From: Rhynchopus sp. YZ270_cl-10 | Taxonomy: Eukaryota | Length of the DNA stretch: 64,000 bases | Direction of reading: 5' to 3' | NCBI GenBank assembly: GCA_964035575.1 | Contig: OZ037842.1 | Location: forward strand, 310,001 to 374,000 | Part shown: piece after piece, positions 12,727-25,400 of the stretch | How positions within the stretch are numbered: position 1 is the first letter of the stretch | How the letters are laid out: each line of letters opens with the position of its first letter | Translations under genes and position numbers: made by a program | The notes under the pieces: generated by a model | Database searches by the model: none | Seen by the model: the letters and a program-made list of their open reading frames with translations, nothing else | What the model was told of the DNA's origin: nothing

Positions 12727-14236
12727 TCAGCACGCACAACCTTTCTTCTGGGAAGACCCACCCTCTCCCATGACAAGCGGCGTGAAGCTCTCATCTTCGT
12801 CGTCTCCTCCACGGTCCTGCTTTTCCTTTTCAAGCTGCTTTTTTCTCATAATCACTGTCCGTGCGACCTGTGTGTGTAGGTTATTGTTTTTTGTACAATG
12901 CTCACCGATCAAAGAGGGCTTTGTGATGTCACACAAGGCTACTGCTCCATGCATGGTATATAATCTGATGGAGTCTAAAAAACCATGTGAAATCACAGTG
13001 AAGTTGTCCTGGCGACAGGGTTTATCTCCCTCTATGTTAGCGGTCCTTAGACGTTTTAAAAATATGTTTACCGGTCTGCTTTTCGAAGGCCACGTTATGC
13101 TATCATTTCCCCCTCCGCAAATGAAACCCAAAAACTCAGGAAAGTCAAATCCAAGTTCAAATTGAAAAAATACAACGGCGTCCAAGGGAAACCCCCACGT
13201 GCGTGTTGAACAACACGCTTGGTACTCGTTGCATGGATCAAGAGGTTCGATGCGCAGCTCACCCTCGCCCGTGATGACCTGGGCGAGAAGACGAGGACGG
13301 AGAGAGACGAAACCCCCCCGCCCGAAGCAGGGTATGTAGTGGTGGTGCACACCGAGCGGGGGGTAGAAGAGGACGCGAGCAACGGGAATACAGTGTACAG
13401 CACACCAGAAGTCGAACACTTCGAGTGCATACTTCTCCTCATGAGGTTGACTTGCACTCATCTGTCTTTCTTTCCCACCCAACAGTGGGCCATGTTAAAG
13501 AAGATGCGACCCTGAGGACAGACACGCGGTTTAGATGGAAGCCACGTTCGAAGCCAGAAACACTCAGAGAACCAACCCACCGTCTTTGGTACCAAAACTT
13601 AATTTAAATCATCATAAAAATGTGCCATAGAAACTAAGTCATTTTATCATATTATTGCCGACAACAATCAAACGATTTCACACCCCCTTTTACTTTTTGA
13701 AGCCTCAAAATGAAGAGCAATACCTTAAGAAACGCCTCTTCGATGAAGTCGCCTGTTGCTGCAGATGTTTCGAAGTGCATGAGACCCTGCTGCTGTGCGT
13801 ATTGCGAGGCTTCAACGTGTGTCACTTGACGGCGGTCTGACCCTCCCAGGTCCGACTTGTTTCCAATCATCATAACCACGACGTCCTCCCCTGCAAGGTT
13901 CTTCGCATCGTGCAACCATTGGTCAGCCGCCTCGTATGAATCACGGTTCGTGATGTCGTACACAAGAAGGCACCCCGTCGCCCCTTTATAGTATGACCGC
14001 GTCACACTCCGGTAGCGCTCCTGCCCTGCAGTGTCCCAGATCTGCAGCTTCACACGCTTCCCCAACAGCTCAATAACCTTCGCGCCAAACTCCACGCCAA
14101 TGGTAGGTGTCTGGTCATCTGTGCCAGTAAACTTCCCCTCTATGAAGCGGTGCAGGATGCAGCTCTTCCCTGTCCCGCAGTTTCCAATCACAATGAACTT
14201 CAGCAGCTCGTCGTACCTTTCTCCCAATGAGTCCAT
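12727..14236 (-). CDS. RAB4: Rab4 small GTPase, 2 exons (14236-13724, 12867-12727), 217 aa
   Basis: G-box motifs [34 protein letters not shown] and ETSA. An 856-nt phase-0 intron (GTATTG...CACAG) joins EEAFLK to VARTV..., ending in the prenylation motif CAC. Confidence 0.92.
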
Positions 14237-14300
14237 TTTGTCGGTTTTTTGGGCTTTGCTGGAGATGAAATAGGGCAGGAAGAGGAGAGGGAGGAGGAGG
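14237..14300 (-). promoter_or_regulatory. Putative trans-splice acceptor upstream of Rab4
   Basis: Sense strand CCTCCTCCTCCCTCTCCTCTTCCTGCCCTATTTCATCTCCAG|CAAAGCC...AAAATG, with the AG at 14259-14260. Confidence 0.55.
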
Positions 14301-14470
14301 AATGTAAAAAGATGCTGCTTAGCAACTTCGGCCAAATTTTTTTTTCTAGGGATGGAGAGATAGGGGGAGAAGGGAGTGGACTATATTTAAAAATTTAACA
14401 CTAAAAAAAAAGAGGAAAGGAGAAGAAGTTTCGGGGCGAACCCCCATCACGGATCCAAAAAGGGGGAGGC

Positions 14471-14511
14471 TTTATAAGATGAACCTAAGCCTCTCGTGCT
14501 TAGTCAGCTTG
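14471..14511 (+). repeat. Dispersed hairpin family A (representative copy): TAAGATGAACCTAAGCCTCTCGTGCTTAGTCACCT
   Basis: Good copies near 45, 14471, 14919, 20727, 24301, 32089, 32449, 34998, 36917, 48623, 60795, 61447, 63903 and 63961. Degenerate copies near 2907, 6376, 10657, 12075, 27581, 31806, 31971, 37295, 45539, 48257 and 52824. All are in + orientation and intergenic. Confidence 0.95.
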
Positions 14512-14690
14512 AAAAAAAAAAACATATAAAGCCGGGTGTGTTGGTCTATAGCACGACTCCAGAAAGAAACGTTGAAAAAGACGAATGTGTCTCTCGTCCA
14601 CACATCGTACAGCATCAACGTCTTTTTCATTAGATGAACGGCCTCATAATGGGACACATACATCTTGATAGAAAAGTCTTGCTTTTTTTG

Positions 14691-14854
14691 CACAGCGGAC
14701 TAATCAAGGGTCATTTGGACCACTAGCGGTGCTATTTGTCCAAATACCTAGTATTTTACGACTGGTGTTACACCAGCGTAACACGACTAGTTTAGCACTC
14801 GTCGTGTTACGACTAGTTGTTACGACTAGTAGTCCCCTTGAGTAGGCCGCTGTG
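14691..14854. mobile_element. CACTA/CMC-like MITE (164 bp)
   Basis: TIR CACAGCGG(A/C)CTA(A/C)TCAAGGG (18/20), TG on both flanks (2-bp TSD), and internal repeated ACGACTAG motifs. Confidence 0.7.
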
Positions 14855-15026
14855 TGGGGGGAGGCAGGGGGGGGCGGAGGGGGAGACTTAAACGCTAAAA
14901 TAAGAAAGACAAGCTTCTGAGATGAACCTAAGCCTCCCGTGCTGTCATCTGAAAAGGAATAAGCCTGGAAAAAAGTATATTACAGGTACAAGACAAAAGG
15001 GGTGAACTCCTATCCCCTTCTAAAAG

Positions 15027-15078
15027 AAGTTGAAAGTGCAAACGCCTCACCGTACACTGGCGGACGCGGGCACTGGAC
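15027..15078 (+). repeat. Dispersed hairpin family G (representative): GAAGTTGAAAGTGCAAACGCCTC...GGACGCAGGCACTGAC
   Basis: Similar copies near 21527, 23547, 33200, 37077, 51227 and 63667. All are + orientation, with AGTGC...GCACT outer pairing. Confidence 0.75.
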
Positions 15079-15373
15079 TGAAAAAAATAGGTAAGCCATA
15101 CACACAGCTCTTCCTGCTTTCCATGAAAATTGAGAACAGCGCGTTTCTTATGGCTGTAAGGAGTAAAACACAGGCTGAAATGGTGTGTAGTAGAAAATAA
15201 AACCCAAAAGTGTCACGTGTCGTTCCCTCATCCCCTTTCTTGTAGTTGTTTGATGCGTCGACGCTTCTACATACTATCTCACACCTGTTGGGTGTTGCGG
15301 AGCACGGTTTTGGGTGAGTTGACCGACGTGACACTTTCCGCACAAAGTAGTGTGCGTAAACAAAAATAATGAA

Positions 15374-15532
15374 TTTTTGCCTCTCTTTTTAAAGAGGGCA
15401 GTGTGGAAAAAATAGTTACTCTGATAAAAGGACAACAAGGTTTTTTCGTTGATTGCTCAATTACCCTGTTGGAGGGGGGGATGATTGGCGAGCGTATCGG
15501 AGCAAACTATATCTCCTTTAAAGCTACGCTTG
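15374..15532 (+). repeat. Dispersed repeat family E (...TTGCTCAATTACCCTGTTGGAGGGGGGGATGATTGGCG...CTCCTTTAAAGCTACGCTT)
   Basis: Copies at ~15374-15532, ~18912-19043 and ~45623-45992. The last is interrupted by ~210 bp of extra sequence. Confidence 0.8.
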
Positions 15533-15763
15533 TCGGTTTCAAAAAAAAAAAAAAAAAGTTCTTCGATAATCTGAGAGGGGGTTTTTCCTCTGCAAAAAAA
15601 GGCAGCGGATTGTTTTTCCCTTCTCCCTTCATTATCACGTCATGTAATGGGGTAAAGGGTTAGGGGGTATTGGAACCGAACGGTTCTTGCTACACGATTG
15701 ATTCTTGTAATTTATTTGTGTGGTGTAGGTTGTTTCCTCGATTGGCATTATTATTTTTTTGAC

Positions 15764-15824
15764 AAATTGTTGGAGTAGTGTAGTTGCTTTGGTTGTGTTG
15801 CCACAGTTTGTGCAATCTCCACTG
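15764..15824. repeat. Dispersed ~60-bp repeat family D (AAATTGTTGGAGTAGTGTAGTTGCC...GCCACAGTTTGTGCAATCTCCACTG)
   Basis: Copies at 15764-15824 and 34426-34485, a reverse copy at 61081-61137, partial copies at ~17695 and ~42300, and a degenerate reverse copy at ~27795. Confidence 0.85.
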
Positions 15825-16927
15825 TTCATTTTTTTTCGTGCTCATTTTATCAGACAAGACGTTTTGTTTGAGAGATTCTTTTTTGGAAAGAGTGTGATCG
15901 CCTTTTAATGCGAACCGTCTTTCTCTCTCTTTGAAAAAAAAATTACGATTCATGCAAAACAAAATAAAGAAAGTTTAATAAGAGGGACAGTATAGTTCTA
16001 TCTAATCCGAAAAAATTATCTGATGAATTTGGAATACACGCTTTTTTTTCAACTCTCCTTTAAAAAGCGGCCCCCCAAAAAAAGAGAAAAAAAAAAAACT
16101 CCCCTCTGAAGTACGGTGATTTTCGGAGTTGCTGATACATCCGCATGCTGGTCCTCGAACACCTTCACTTTCAGAGGGGATAGATAAAAAGATCGGTTCG
16201 TCATTTCGCGACGTCTGCAAGAAAGGGGAAACATACACAGTTAGAGTTGCATTTTTTTCCCAAAAAAAAAGTCCGTACTTTCTTGAAAAAGGAAAAAGAA
16301 AGCCTCTCCCGCAATTTTTTTTTTTTTTTTGGAAAACAAAAGAAACGCTAAGTGTTCTGTCTTTCCTCTCTTTGCTGTCACGGGAAAAAAAAAATTGGTT
16401 GTCGTTCGTTTATTGATCATAGGGAGGTATATGGAAAGATCTTTGCTTTTGGGAAAATACTTAAAAATAAAGTGCAGAAATATGTCAATACACTAAGACA
16501 CACTCTAGATGAGGATGCAAAGTGACAGGCATTACTCTACCAAAGCGAACGAAAACAAAACCAACAAATTAATATGTTCATAAAAAAAAATGCATTTTTT
16601 AAAAAACAGAGGTTTTTTTTTTTTTCACCTCAAAACGATTCATAAAACAAAATCAGAGGAATAATTCACAAGGAATTTTTTTTTGTTGTGGGTTGTTTTT
16701 TCATAAAAAATAATCATATTCGAAAGCCTATAGAGATTTTTACCCCCGTGGAATCACTGGGGAGGCGCGTTTTACGGAAAGGACCGGATAAAGTGACACA
16801 ATAAGCGGATGAGTGATAGATAAAACGAGAGGAGTGCTTGGAGCTGGGTAGGGACGGAGCTTCTTAAAGAGAAAAAAAAAGTTGGTGACAACCGAAGCAT
16901 TCTCATTGGCCACCTTTTTGTCACATC

Positions 16928-17560
16928 CAGGGTGTTTCCTAATTTCGGAAAATTTCCGGAAAATTTCGACATCCGGAAGCAAATTTTTTCCCTGAAGAAA
17001 CGGTAGGTTTTCAGGCCCAAAACACACCGCGAATGGCATTTCCGGAATCCGTCCGCGCTGTGGTGGGGTCAATTTGCCGAAATGGCCAAGTTCTTGGTGT
17101 TGGTCAAAATGAGTGTAAGGAAAAGGGGACCAGGTAAATCCCACAACCCAGATTTTCTCTCCCTGATCCTGAAAACATGAAAATGCCCGAAAACATCGGC
17201 ATTTGCATTTCCGGAATCCGTCCGTTCTGTGGTGGGGTCAATTTGACGAAATGGACAAGTCCTTGGTTTTAGTCAAAACCCGTCAGTGTAAGGTAAAGGG
17301 GGCCAAGTGTTTGCCTGTAGAAACTGGTAGGAACAGGCAGCGCCGCAGGCGCACGGTACCCAACATCGGTGAAAATAAAAATTCCCGAAAACTGCTTTAT
17401 TTGAATGATTGGAGCGATCCAGAACAGCGAACATACTTCTTTCGGGAAAATACCAAAACATAAGCACTTTAAATACGTCCCTAATTTTTTCCCGCAAATT
17501 TTTTCCCTGGCCAATTTTTTCCAAATCCCCGGAAGCGGAAGCAAATTAGGAAACACCCTG
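16928..17560. mobile_element. hAT-family MITE (633 bp)
   Basis: Perfect 18-bp TIR CAGGGTGTTTCCTAATTT and perfect 8-bp TSD GTCACATC (16920-16927 and 17561-17568). Internal direct repeats at ~17040 and ~17210. Confidence 0.92.
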
Positions 17561-17566
17561 GTCACA

Positions 17567-17600
<34 letters not shown>

Positions 17601-18291
17601 ATAAAAGAAAGGTTGTGTAAGATGTCCCGAAGACCATCTCTTAACCTCAAAACGCAAAAAAACGTCGTTTGGCGGCGTACATTTTTTGATGAAGAATTGT
17701 TGGAATAGTGTAGTTGCCACCAAGATGCCAGATGCATTGTCAATTTTTTTTTTTTTTGGAGGTGATATGTACAAGAGCTATCAGTGCTGGGTCTCAGACG
17801 ACTTTTTTTTTTTTGAGAGTTTTGCAGCACGGACGGACGACGGCTCCCATTAATTCACCTCTCTGTGCACACAGTACAGTACATCACGAAAGTCCTGCCC
17901 TTACAAAAGGGCGAATCGGAAGTCGATGGCGGTGCTTTTGTTAGGCGGGACTTTTGGGACTTACTGTTATGTGAAAACTTGTTTCATATACAGTTGGACA
18001 AGTAATATTGGCGACCAAAAAGTCGCCAATTGCAAGAAAACCCCCAAATTCCGCCAATGTTATTTGGTCGCCAAGTTTCTTGTCCAACTGTAATTGTTTC
18101 ATGAAACCTGAAAGAGCACGATACAAATCTTGCTTCATCAAAATTCACAGAAAAATACATAACACACGCAGCTCCAAAAAAAGCGGGCTGTGCTAGGATG
18201 GGTTTTTGACATACTGGGATGTGGAAGGGGAGGGAATAGTCATGCGAAACCCGCAAAATAAATAAACAAAATGCGGATGGATCACACTTGA

Positions 18292-18322
18292 AAAGATGAA
18301 TGCACTCTCGTGCACACATCTG
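18292..18322 (+). repeat. Dispersed hairpin family B (representative): AAGATGAATGTGCCTCTCGTGCACACATCTG
   Basis: Copies near 6222, 14578, 18292, 19784, 21479, 34204, 35204, 37457, 53052, 61586 and 63762, with partials near 46817 and 47312. All are + orientation. Confidence 0.85.
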
Positions 18323-21300
18323 AAAAAAAAATACTAAACTGGTGTTCTTTGGGGAATGGATGGGAAAAGGGGAACGACACTTTCAAGTGCCTTTCTCCAA
18401 AAATCAAAAAATGAAGCTGATAGGACCAACGACCTCTGGGGCGAGGCACTGACTGTAGAGGGGAGATGCTGATGCTTTCCTCAAATGGGAAGACGTGCGC
18501 AAAAAATAAGTCAAGACAATAAAACTCTACCTTATTCGGCAGGTTTACTCAAAAACAAAAACAAAAAAAATGCATCCCTCAGGCACCACTCTCTTCCATA
18601 AAAAAATCCATTTTCGGTTACCCTTGAGACAAAGAAGGGAAAGGTGAAAAGATGAGTGAGCCTCAAAAGGGAAACAACAGGGAATGCGTTTTTCCAAAAG
18701 TACAGAATAATAAATAAGTGGAAGCTGCCTCTCTGGACACATGGTGTCGGATCTGTCCCGTGGGTTACTACGGAGGGCACTTCATGGAGTATAAAAAGTT
18801 GACTTAAAATACAAAGCCCTCGACAGTATACCTTGGTACATGAACGGTGTACCGGGGGGGTGGACACCCAACCATGCAATCTTACAGAAGAAAAAGAAAA
18901 AGAGAAATTCTGCGAAAATAGTACCTCTGATACGTAAAAGAGAAAAAAAGATGGGTTTTTTTTGTTGCTCAATTACCCTGTTGGAGGGGGGGATGATTGG
19001 CGACCGTATCGGAGGGAACTATTTCTCCTTTAAAGCTACGCTTTAGGTAGAATCAGAATATGTAAAAGCAACAGAGTCCATCTCCTCGGCCGACAAAAAA
19101 GAAAAGACCGCGAATGGGGGAAAAAGGGGGAAGCTGTGTTGCACCATAAGTATTGTGCGTTCGCAGCAAAATATGAAAAAAAATAAACAAAATAATTCAA
19201 AGAAAAGGATGCACAATCTAAATACCACACACACACACAAAAACGGTCCCTTTACGCATTGGTAAGGCTGCTGTTGTGAATAGTTTTTTTTCCCTTTTGC
19301 GGTATTGTTGTTTGCAATTGTAGCCCCTTTTTCGTATGGACAAAAACAGTCGTATTTCAAAAAAAGCATGGTTTTTGTAAAGAAAACAATACATTTAGCC
19401 ATCAAAAAGGAAAACAGAACGTGAATCAAAAGAATGGTTTTTTTTTTTTTTGTCATTTCAGTGTAGACAACATACTTGTTTCGCACAAAGAAAACAAAGC
19501 AACCAGAACAATGCCCTAGTTACAAAAAACAAAAACTGAAAGAAACGGCCAACTGGCCACACAGGAAGAAAAAAAGACTCCCAAGCATGGACAATATGAT
19601 AAACAGAAAAAGGGGAAAAACAGCATTTTTTTTTGAAGGGGAAAGTGAAAAACTGGGTGATGTGTTTGCCGTACTGCAACACAAAAAAAAAGGGGGTGTT
19701 CTTCAAATAAAAATCAGGTTGGTAGTGAAAACGCTGGAAGAAGACCTTTATAAAGTGTACTTGGGGGGGGAAAGAAAATTTTGAAAGATGAATGTGCACC
19801 CCCCCGTACACACGCATCTGAAAAGAAATAGGGGTATCTTCTCACAATAACGCGCAAAGGGGAGAAAAATGTGGCTGTCAGACAAAAAAAAAAAAAAACT
19901 GGTTGATGAGGTTGCTTGAGTCACATTCTCCTCCAGTTATGTGCATGACGCTTTGACGAATCGCACAACAAGAACAAGTGAAGTTGACTTGAAATACAAA
20001 TCCCTCTCGTGACAATGTACCTTGGTGCATGACCGGCTGTACCGGGGGTGGACACCCAACCATCCATTTTATGGTTTACATCTGTGAAGTCTCGAGAGGA
20101 TTGATTTTTCTCTTTTTTTTCTTCCACCTCGCCTCTCGTTCCGCTACTACATTGTCCCTTTTGTAAACATTGCTAACTCTGCGGACACGCGTTGATAACC
20201 ACAGCACGCTATTTTGAAAACATTAATAAATATCAAAAGGGAAGAAAACACAACAGAAAAAATAAAAGAAGAAAATTGATGAATATGCTTCACGTGCGTA
20301 CATCTTCAAAAAAAAATGTGTTAAAACAGTTCTCACTTTGGTGTTCTTTTGTAAAAACGTTTTTTTCTTGGGGGAGCAAAAAAAAATAAAAAGATCGGGA
20401 AAAGGATTGCCCATACAAAACGTGCACAAATGCTTCCCTTGCCCCTTTTTTAGTGTTTTCTTCTTTATCGCAATGTTGAAACATGGTTGTGGGGTTTTGG
20501 AGAGAAAAAAAATAAGAGAAAAGTGGGTAAGATGAACCTGTCTGTACTCAGACATTTTTGAAAGGCAAAGTACATCCACAGATGGAACATTTTTTAGTTT
20601 TATTTTTAGAATTTCTCTTTTCTTTTGAAAACTTGGTTGTATTAGTGTTGCCAAGGCCATCCTCCACTAAAAAAAATTTCATTATTTACCCTCCATTCCA
20701 TTGTGGGAAAACAAAGAAAAGTTTTTTAAGATGATCCTAAGCCTCTTGCTTAGTCACCTTGATCACAGTCGTGATCAACAAACAAAACACACGCAAAAGA
20801 CAATACAAAACCCATTTACAATCAAAGTACAAACTAAACTAGAAAAAAAAAGGGGGAAATTTTCAGTCAGAGGGGATAAAACCAAGCCAGACACATTCTC
20901 AATAAAAAGCAGTGCGGCTTTTTTCTCTCCCTCCTTTCTCTCCCCCCTTTTTTTCCCCCTGCCATTTTTTTTTGTAAACGTTTGCTCCTTTGTTTTAGGG
21001 TTTATGTGTGATAGATGGTTTTTCTTTTTCTTTTTCTTTTAAAGTTGCATTTTATGTGCGAAGCGTTCAGTCAATCGTTTCTAAAGGGGAAATAGAAACT
21101 AGTTGCTTTGAAGAAAAAACGTAACGAAACGTAGGGAAGAAAAAAGGAAGTTTTTTTTTTTTCTTGGTAAAAATGAGACGAGTTCTCCCTAGCATCCTAT
21201 TTATAGCATGATGGCAGGGGTTTGACATACGTCTGTAGAGGGGGTAGGTTGTTGTGATTATTTTTAAAATTTTTGCTTTCACCCAAACACAGACCAGGGA

Positions 21301-21995
21301 AGCGTGCAAAGCCATTCCACAAAGGGATACCGCCTCCAAATGGTATGTACGTTTGTGAAAGTGGCGTTCAATGAAAGAAGGGGAGAAAAGCAAAAAACCA
21401 TTTTTGTCGAAAAAAAAATGGTTGGTATGTTGTGTATGAAATGTTAGAAGGAAAAAAAAAAGAGAAAAAAAAACTTTTCAGATGAATGTGCCTCTCGTGC
21501 AACACACATCTTGGGAAAAAAAAAGTGAAGTTGATAGTGCAAACGCCTCTGGGTGGATGCAGGCACTGACACTCCGCGAGGGGAAGAAAAAAACGGTATT
21601 TCGCTGGAGAGAACGGAAGAACGACGGGAGTATCGACGGCGAAGAAAAAGCAGAGGCTTAGCGACAGTAGCCAAAAAAGGGTGTCTTAGTTTTGAAAATC
21701 GCACCATTTTTTTTTTTTTTTTTTTTTGGCAATTTTCAAAACCCCTGGCTAAGCCCCTGAAAAGAGCGAAAAAAAAAAGAACAGAAAAAAAAGAGGGAAA
21801 GACTTTTGAGTTGAAAGAGAAAAATAAAAGAGGTTTTTTGGTAAAATGATAGAGTGAGCCTCACTGTAGTCATGTTACAGATGTACCCCTTTTTTCTCCC
21901 CGCTAAACTGTTAAAACAACCCAATAAACGAAGGTGATGTATCATCTGACCTAGCCGAAAAGAAAAAACGTTGGAAGGTGAGATTGGTACATTAA

Positions 21996-23157
21996 CCCTT
22001 TGGGACCGAAGGGTGGCTGAATTAAACACCCAAAATTGGGGTCCCCACAGAGGAAGGTAGGTAATATGGTCTCACATGCATAAAAACCAAACTCGAGGGG
22101 CGGAATTGAAAGATTTTTTATCAAATAAATCCAAAGAAGCAAGAAATTATCATTTTTGGCATCCTGGAAATTTATTGGATACTGGAGAGCCTGGTGTCAT
22201 TCTTAAAAGGGGTCCTCACAGAGGGCCACCCGAGAACGTGGGTAATATGGTCCCACATGCATAAAAACCAAAGTCGAGGGGCGGAATTGAAAGATTTTTC
22301 ATCAAATAAATCCAAAGAAGCAAAAAAATTTCAGTTTTGGCATCCTGGAAATTTATTAGATACTGGAGAGCCTGGGTCACCCGAAAAGGTGGTAAAGGGG
22401 GGTGTGACAACAATTAAAAGTGCATTTTTTGGGTCAATTTTTTCATATTTTCCTAAATTTCGGCCCGGAAACGCATTTCCGGGCATTTTTGGGGCGGGGT
22501 ATGGGTGAATTTTCCATATTTTGAGGCCTCAGGCAACATGTCTAAAATGGCACTTTTACTAGGGAAAAGTGGAAAAAAAGTAGGGTATGTTAGGGGGGAA
22601 AGTGAGTAAATTGACTTCAGATTGGCCATTTTTGAAAACTTTTAGCGTCGTTAAATGCGCGAAACTGCCGGAATGCAAAGCAATGCGAGATCAGTTCCAG
22701 AAAAAAAAAATTATTTATTTTTTGACGAGTGGTGAATTAAAGCCTGTGACAGATCTGTCAAAAACTGCTTATTCCACTTTCTGCATACCACACCTATTTT
22801 TTTCCCCCCGAAAATGGCGTTATTGGATAGATTTGCAAGAAATCTTTTCACGACACCCCGAGTTTTTGAAAAATACCATTTTAAAGATGTCTTACTCACG
22901 TGGGAGCACTAAAACGGAAAAATTTTAAAAAACCCACTTTTTCTGATTTCTTCGAAAATTGGCTTGGGGGCGCCACCATCTGACACGAATGCATTTTTTA
23001 CAAAATCTTCTATTCTTGCTTCTTTGGAAAGATGGGCCATAAAATCTTTCCACCATGCCAAGAGTTGGTCGAAAATATTGAGCAGATCATGTCTAACTCG
23101 TCTTCCTAAGAAAAATTGTTATAACCGCCACCACAGTGGCGGTTAGTTCCCAAAGGG
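21996..23157. mobile_element. Non-autonomous piggyBac-like element (1162 bp)
   Basis: TTAA on both sides (21992-21995 and 23158-23161). TIR CCCTTTGGGA(C/A)C(G/T)AA. Subterminal palindrome TAACCGCCAC-CACA-GTGGCGGTTA at ~23122-23145. Internal duplication at ~22039-22194 and ~22209-22375. Confidence 0.85.
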
Positions 23158-24051
23158 TTAAAAGGAAAATCGATATCGAGAGAAAAGATGCAGACGTATC
23201 TATGGACGCATGCACAAAAGAAAGAAAACTTAAATCGATGAAAGCGACTCTCTTGCCACATACATCTTTAACCCTTACCGGGCGAAAGGCACTTTTGTGC
23301 CAAATACTTAAAGAAATTTCTACTATATATTCCACCTCGAATACCAACAGAAAACGGCCTCCGTTCGGTATTGGCTAAGGACCTGACTATTTTTTTTATA
23401 CTCGTGGGAGCTCTGGTATTTTACGAATATTTTCGCTGTACCAAAAAAATCCCTCTGAACCAAACAATCATGGTTCATGGTACAGTCACAATCCCTTTTT
23501 TTTTTCATGATGTCAATAAATTGTTGTTTTGAACAAAAAAAAAGATGAAGTTGAAACTGCAAAACGCCTTTGTGGAGGCGTTGTAATAAAAAAAAAATGT
23601 GGGCCGACTTGAATTTCCTCAAAAGAGAGAATATCAATGTATTTTTTGTGTTGCAATTCGTTTTTGGACAAAAAAAAACGCATTTTCCCACACAACATGG
23701 CAGTACAGTAAAACCAATGAGCAACAGATATTTTTTTATGTGTAAAACGTCCGTTTTACTGTTTTTTTTTTTTTTGAAAACTTGGTTGTATTAGTATAGC
23801 CACCCTAGAGTGTGCTCCGCCATGTTTTGTTTTTCTTTCTTCTTCGTCGTATGTTGTTTTTTTTTGCATTGAACAGGGTTTTTTTTTAGAAAGCTTCAGA
23901 ATAACCGAAGTCTTTGTTTTGTTGTCGAAGTTGGGGGGGGAAAAGAGGGGAGGAAGGTGAGATTGACAGCATTGCTGAGGGCCCATCGGGGCAAACGCAA
24001 CGTTGACCACTCTACATATGGGTTACACAGAAAGATAAGAAACAAAAAAGA

Positions 24052-24084
<33 letters not shown>

Positions 24085-24824
24085 TTTTCAAAAAAAAAAA
24101 AACAAATGAAAGACGGACGGTCCCGGATCACACAAACCATACATAGTGTGGGCAATGTTCCACTCTGAGGAAGTATACCCATACATTGATTCAAAACACG
24201 ATACATGAGCAACGTTCCTTTTTAGGAAGTACCCATAATTGATTTCCCAAAACACAGATCCATCTTTCAAAAAAAAAAAAAAAAAAGAGAAAAGTTGTGT
24301 GGATGAATCTAAGCCTCTCTTTCGCTTAGTCACCCTAAAAAAAGATTAAGAACAACTTACAGATACAATGGTGGGAGGAAATTTTCTTAAAAAATTTTTT
24401 TCCAAAAGAAAAAGTGGCAACATGTTTGGCGTGACTCTGTGGTCGTATCGTGCAGGTGCTTGTTTTTTTATTGCTTTTTTCCAAAGAAACAACAAAAAAA
24501 CAGAAACATTTTGAGCATATTTGACCGCGATTGTGCCAGTTGGATTCATTTCCTTCCCAATTCGAGAGGGGGGAAAAAAAAAAGCAATGGTGAGTTTTCA
24601 TGTTTACAAAGTGGAGGGGAAAATGAAAAAAATGGGGAAAATAGAAAAAATGGAGAAGATACGAGGGTGGAATGTTTTCGAGGGGTTTTTTTTTGTGATC
24701 TGATCAACAATAGACTAGTTATCACAATAAGATTTGGTTTGGTTGAAAAGGGGGGGAAATGGGTTGACGGGGGGGAAAAAAACAACAAGGCATACAAAAA
24801 AAGTGAGTAAAAAACAACTCATAC

Positions 24825-25143
24825 CATGGATGTACAAAGTACCTTTCGGGTGCTTACTCGAAACTGAAAAATCTGGCCACGGTACTCCGAGTACTCGTCT
24901 CACCTATTGTTTTTGAATCTGGTACTCTCGTACTCGATTTTGTGGGGAAAAGTGAGGAAAATCAGTACTTTTTTTTCTCCCCCGAGTACTCGGAATAAGT
25001 GGTAGTTTTCACCTACCACTTTAAAACGAGTGATCGAATCTTTAAAAACTGGCCACTCGGCACCCTCGATGCCCGAAAAATCCTGAAAAATTTATGGAAA
25101 AAAAATGGGGTGTTCGAGTACTCGAGTACTTTGTACATCCATG
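24825..25143. mobile_element. MITE with CAT...ATG termini (P-like?), 319 bp
   Basis: Perfect 18-bp TIR CATGGATGTACAAAGTAC, many internal GAGTACTC motifs, and imperfect 6-bp flanking repeat TCATAC/TCGTAC. Confidence 0.75.
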
Positions 25144-25400
25144 TCGTACATTACATAAGATTTTTTTTGAAAACTTTTTTTTCTTCTTTTCAGTTTCGCT
25201 CTCTGTGTTTCAGGAATTTCACGCGAGACATTTTTTTTTTCATTTTTCTTCGACAATTTCCACCATACGACAGGTTTTTTTCATCGCTTCGACACCACCA
25301 AGCCTGCTATGCAAACCACCCCACTAGCAAACTTCTATTTTTCTTTCCTCTGCTAGCACATTCTGCCACACAAAACCCCCTCCCCTTTTTTTTCCCCACC

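Noticed and set aside
13652..13723. Unspliced Rab C-terminus ...KSFDCCRQ from the ORF track
   Set aside because: It starts at a GTATTG donor. The spliced form gives a typical hypervariable tail and CXC motif. Intron retention cannot be fully excluded.
14471..14511. Family A/B hairpins as SECIS, C/D snoRNA, sarcin-ricin loop or group II intron domain V
   Set aside because: They lack the SECIS GA quartet, a canonical box C, the SRL AGUA/GAA flanks and the domain V AGC triad. Only the GNRA-like loop or overall size is shared.
23268..23290. Second TTAACCCTT piggyBac-like end
   Set aside because: No matching inverted partner was found in the window.
14300..25400. Numerous 60-150 aa F/K-rich ORFs in intergenic DNA (also 31.5-37.7 kb and 41.6-48.7 kb)
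   Set aside because: They are translations of A/T homopolymer tracts and repeats, with no coding signature.
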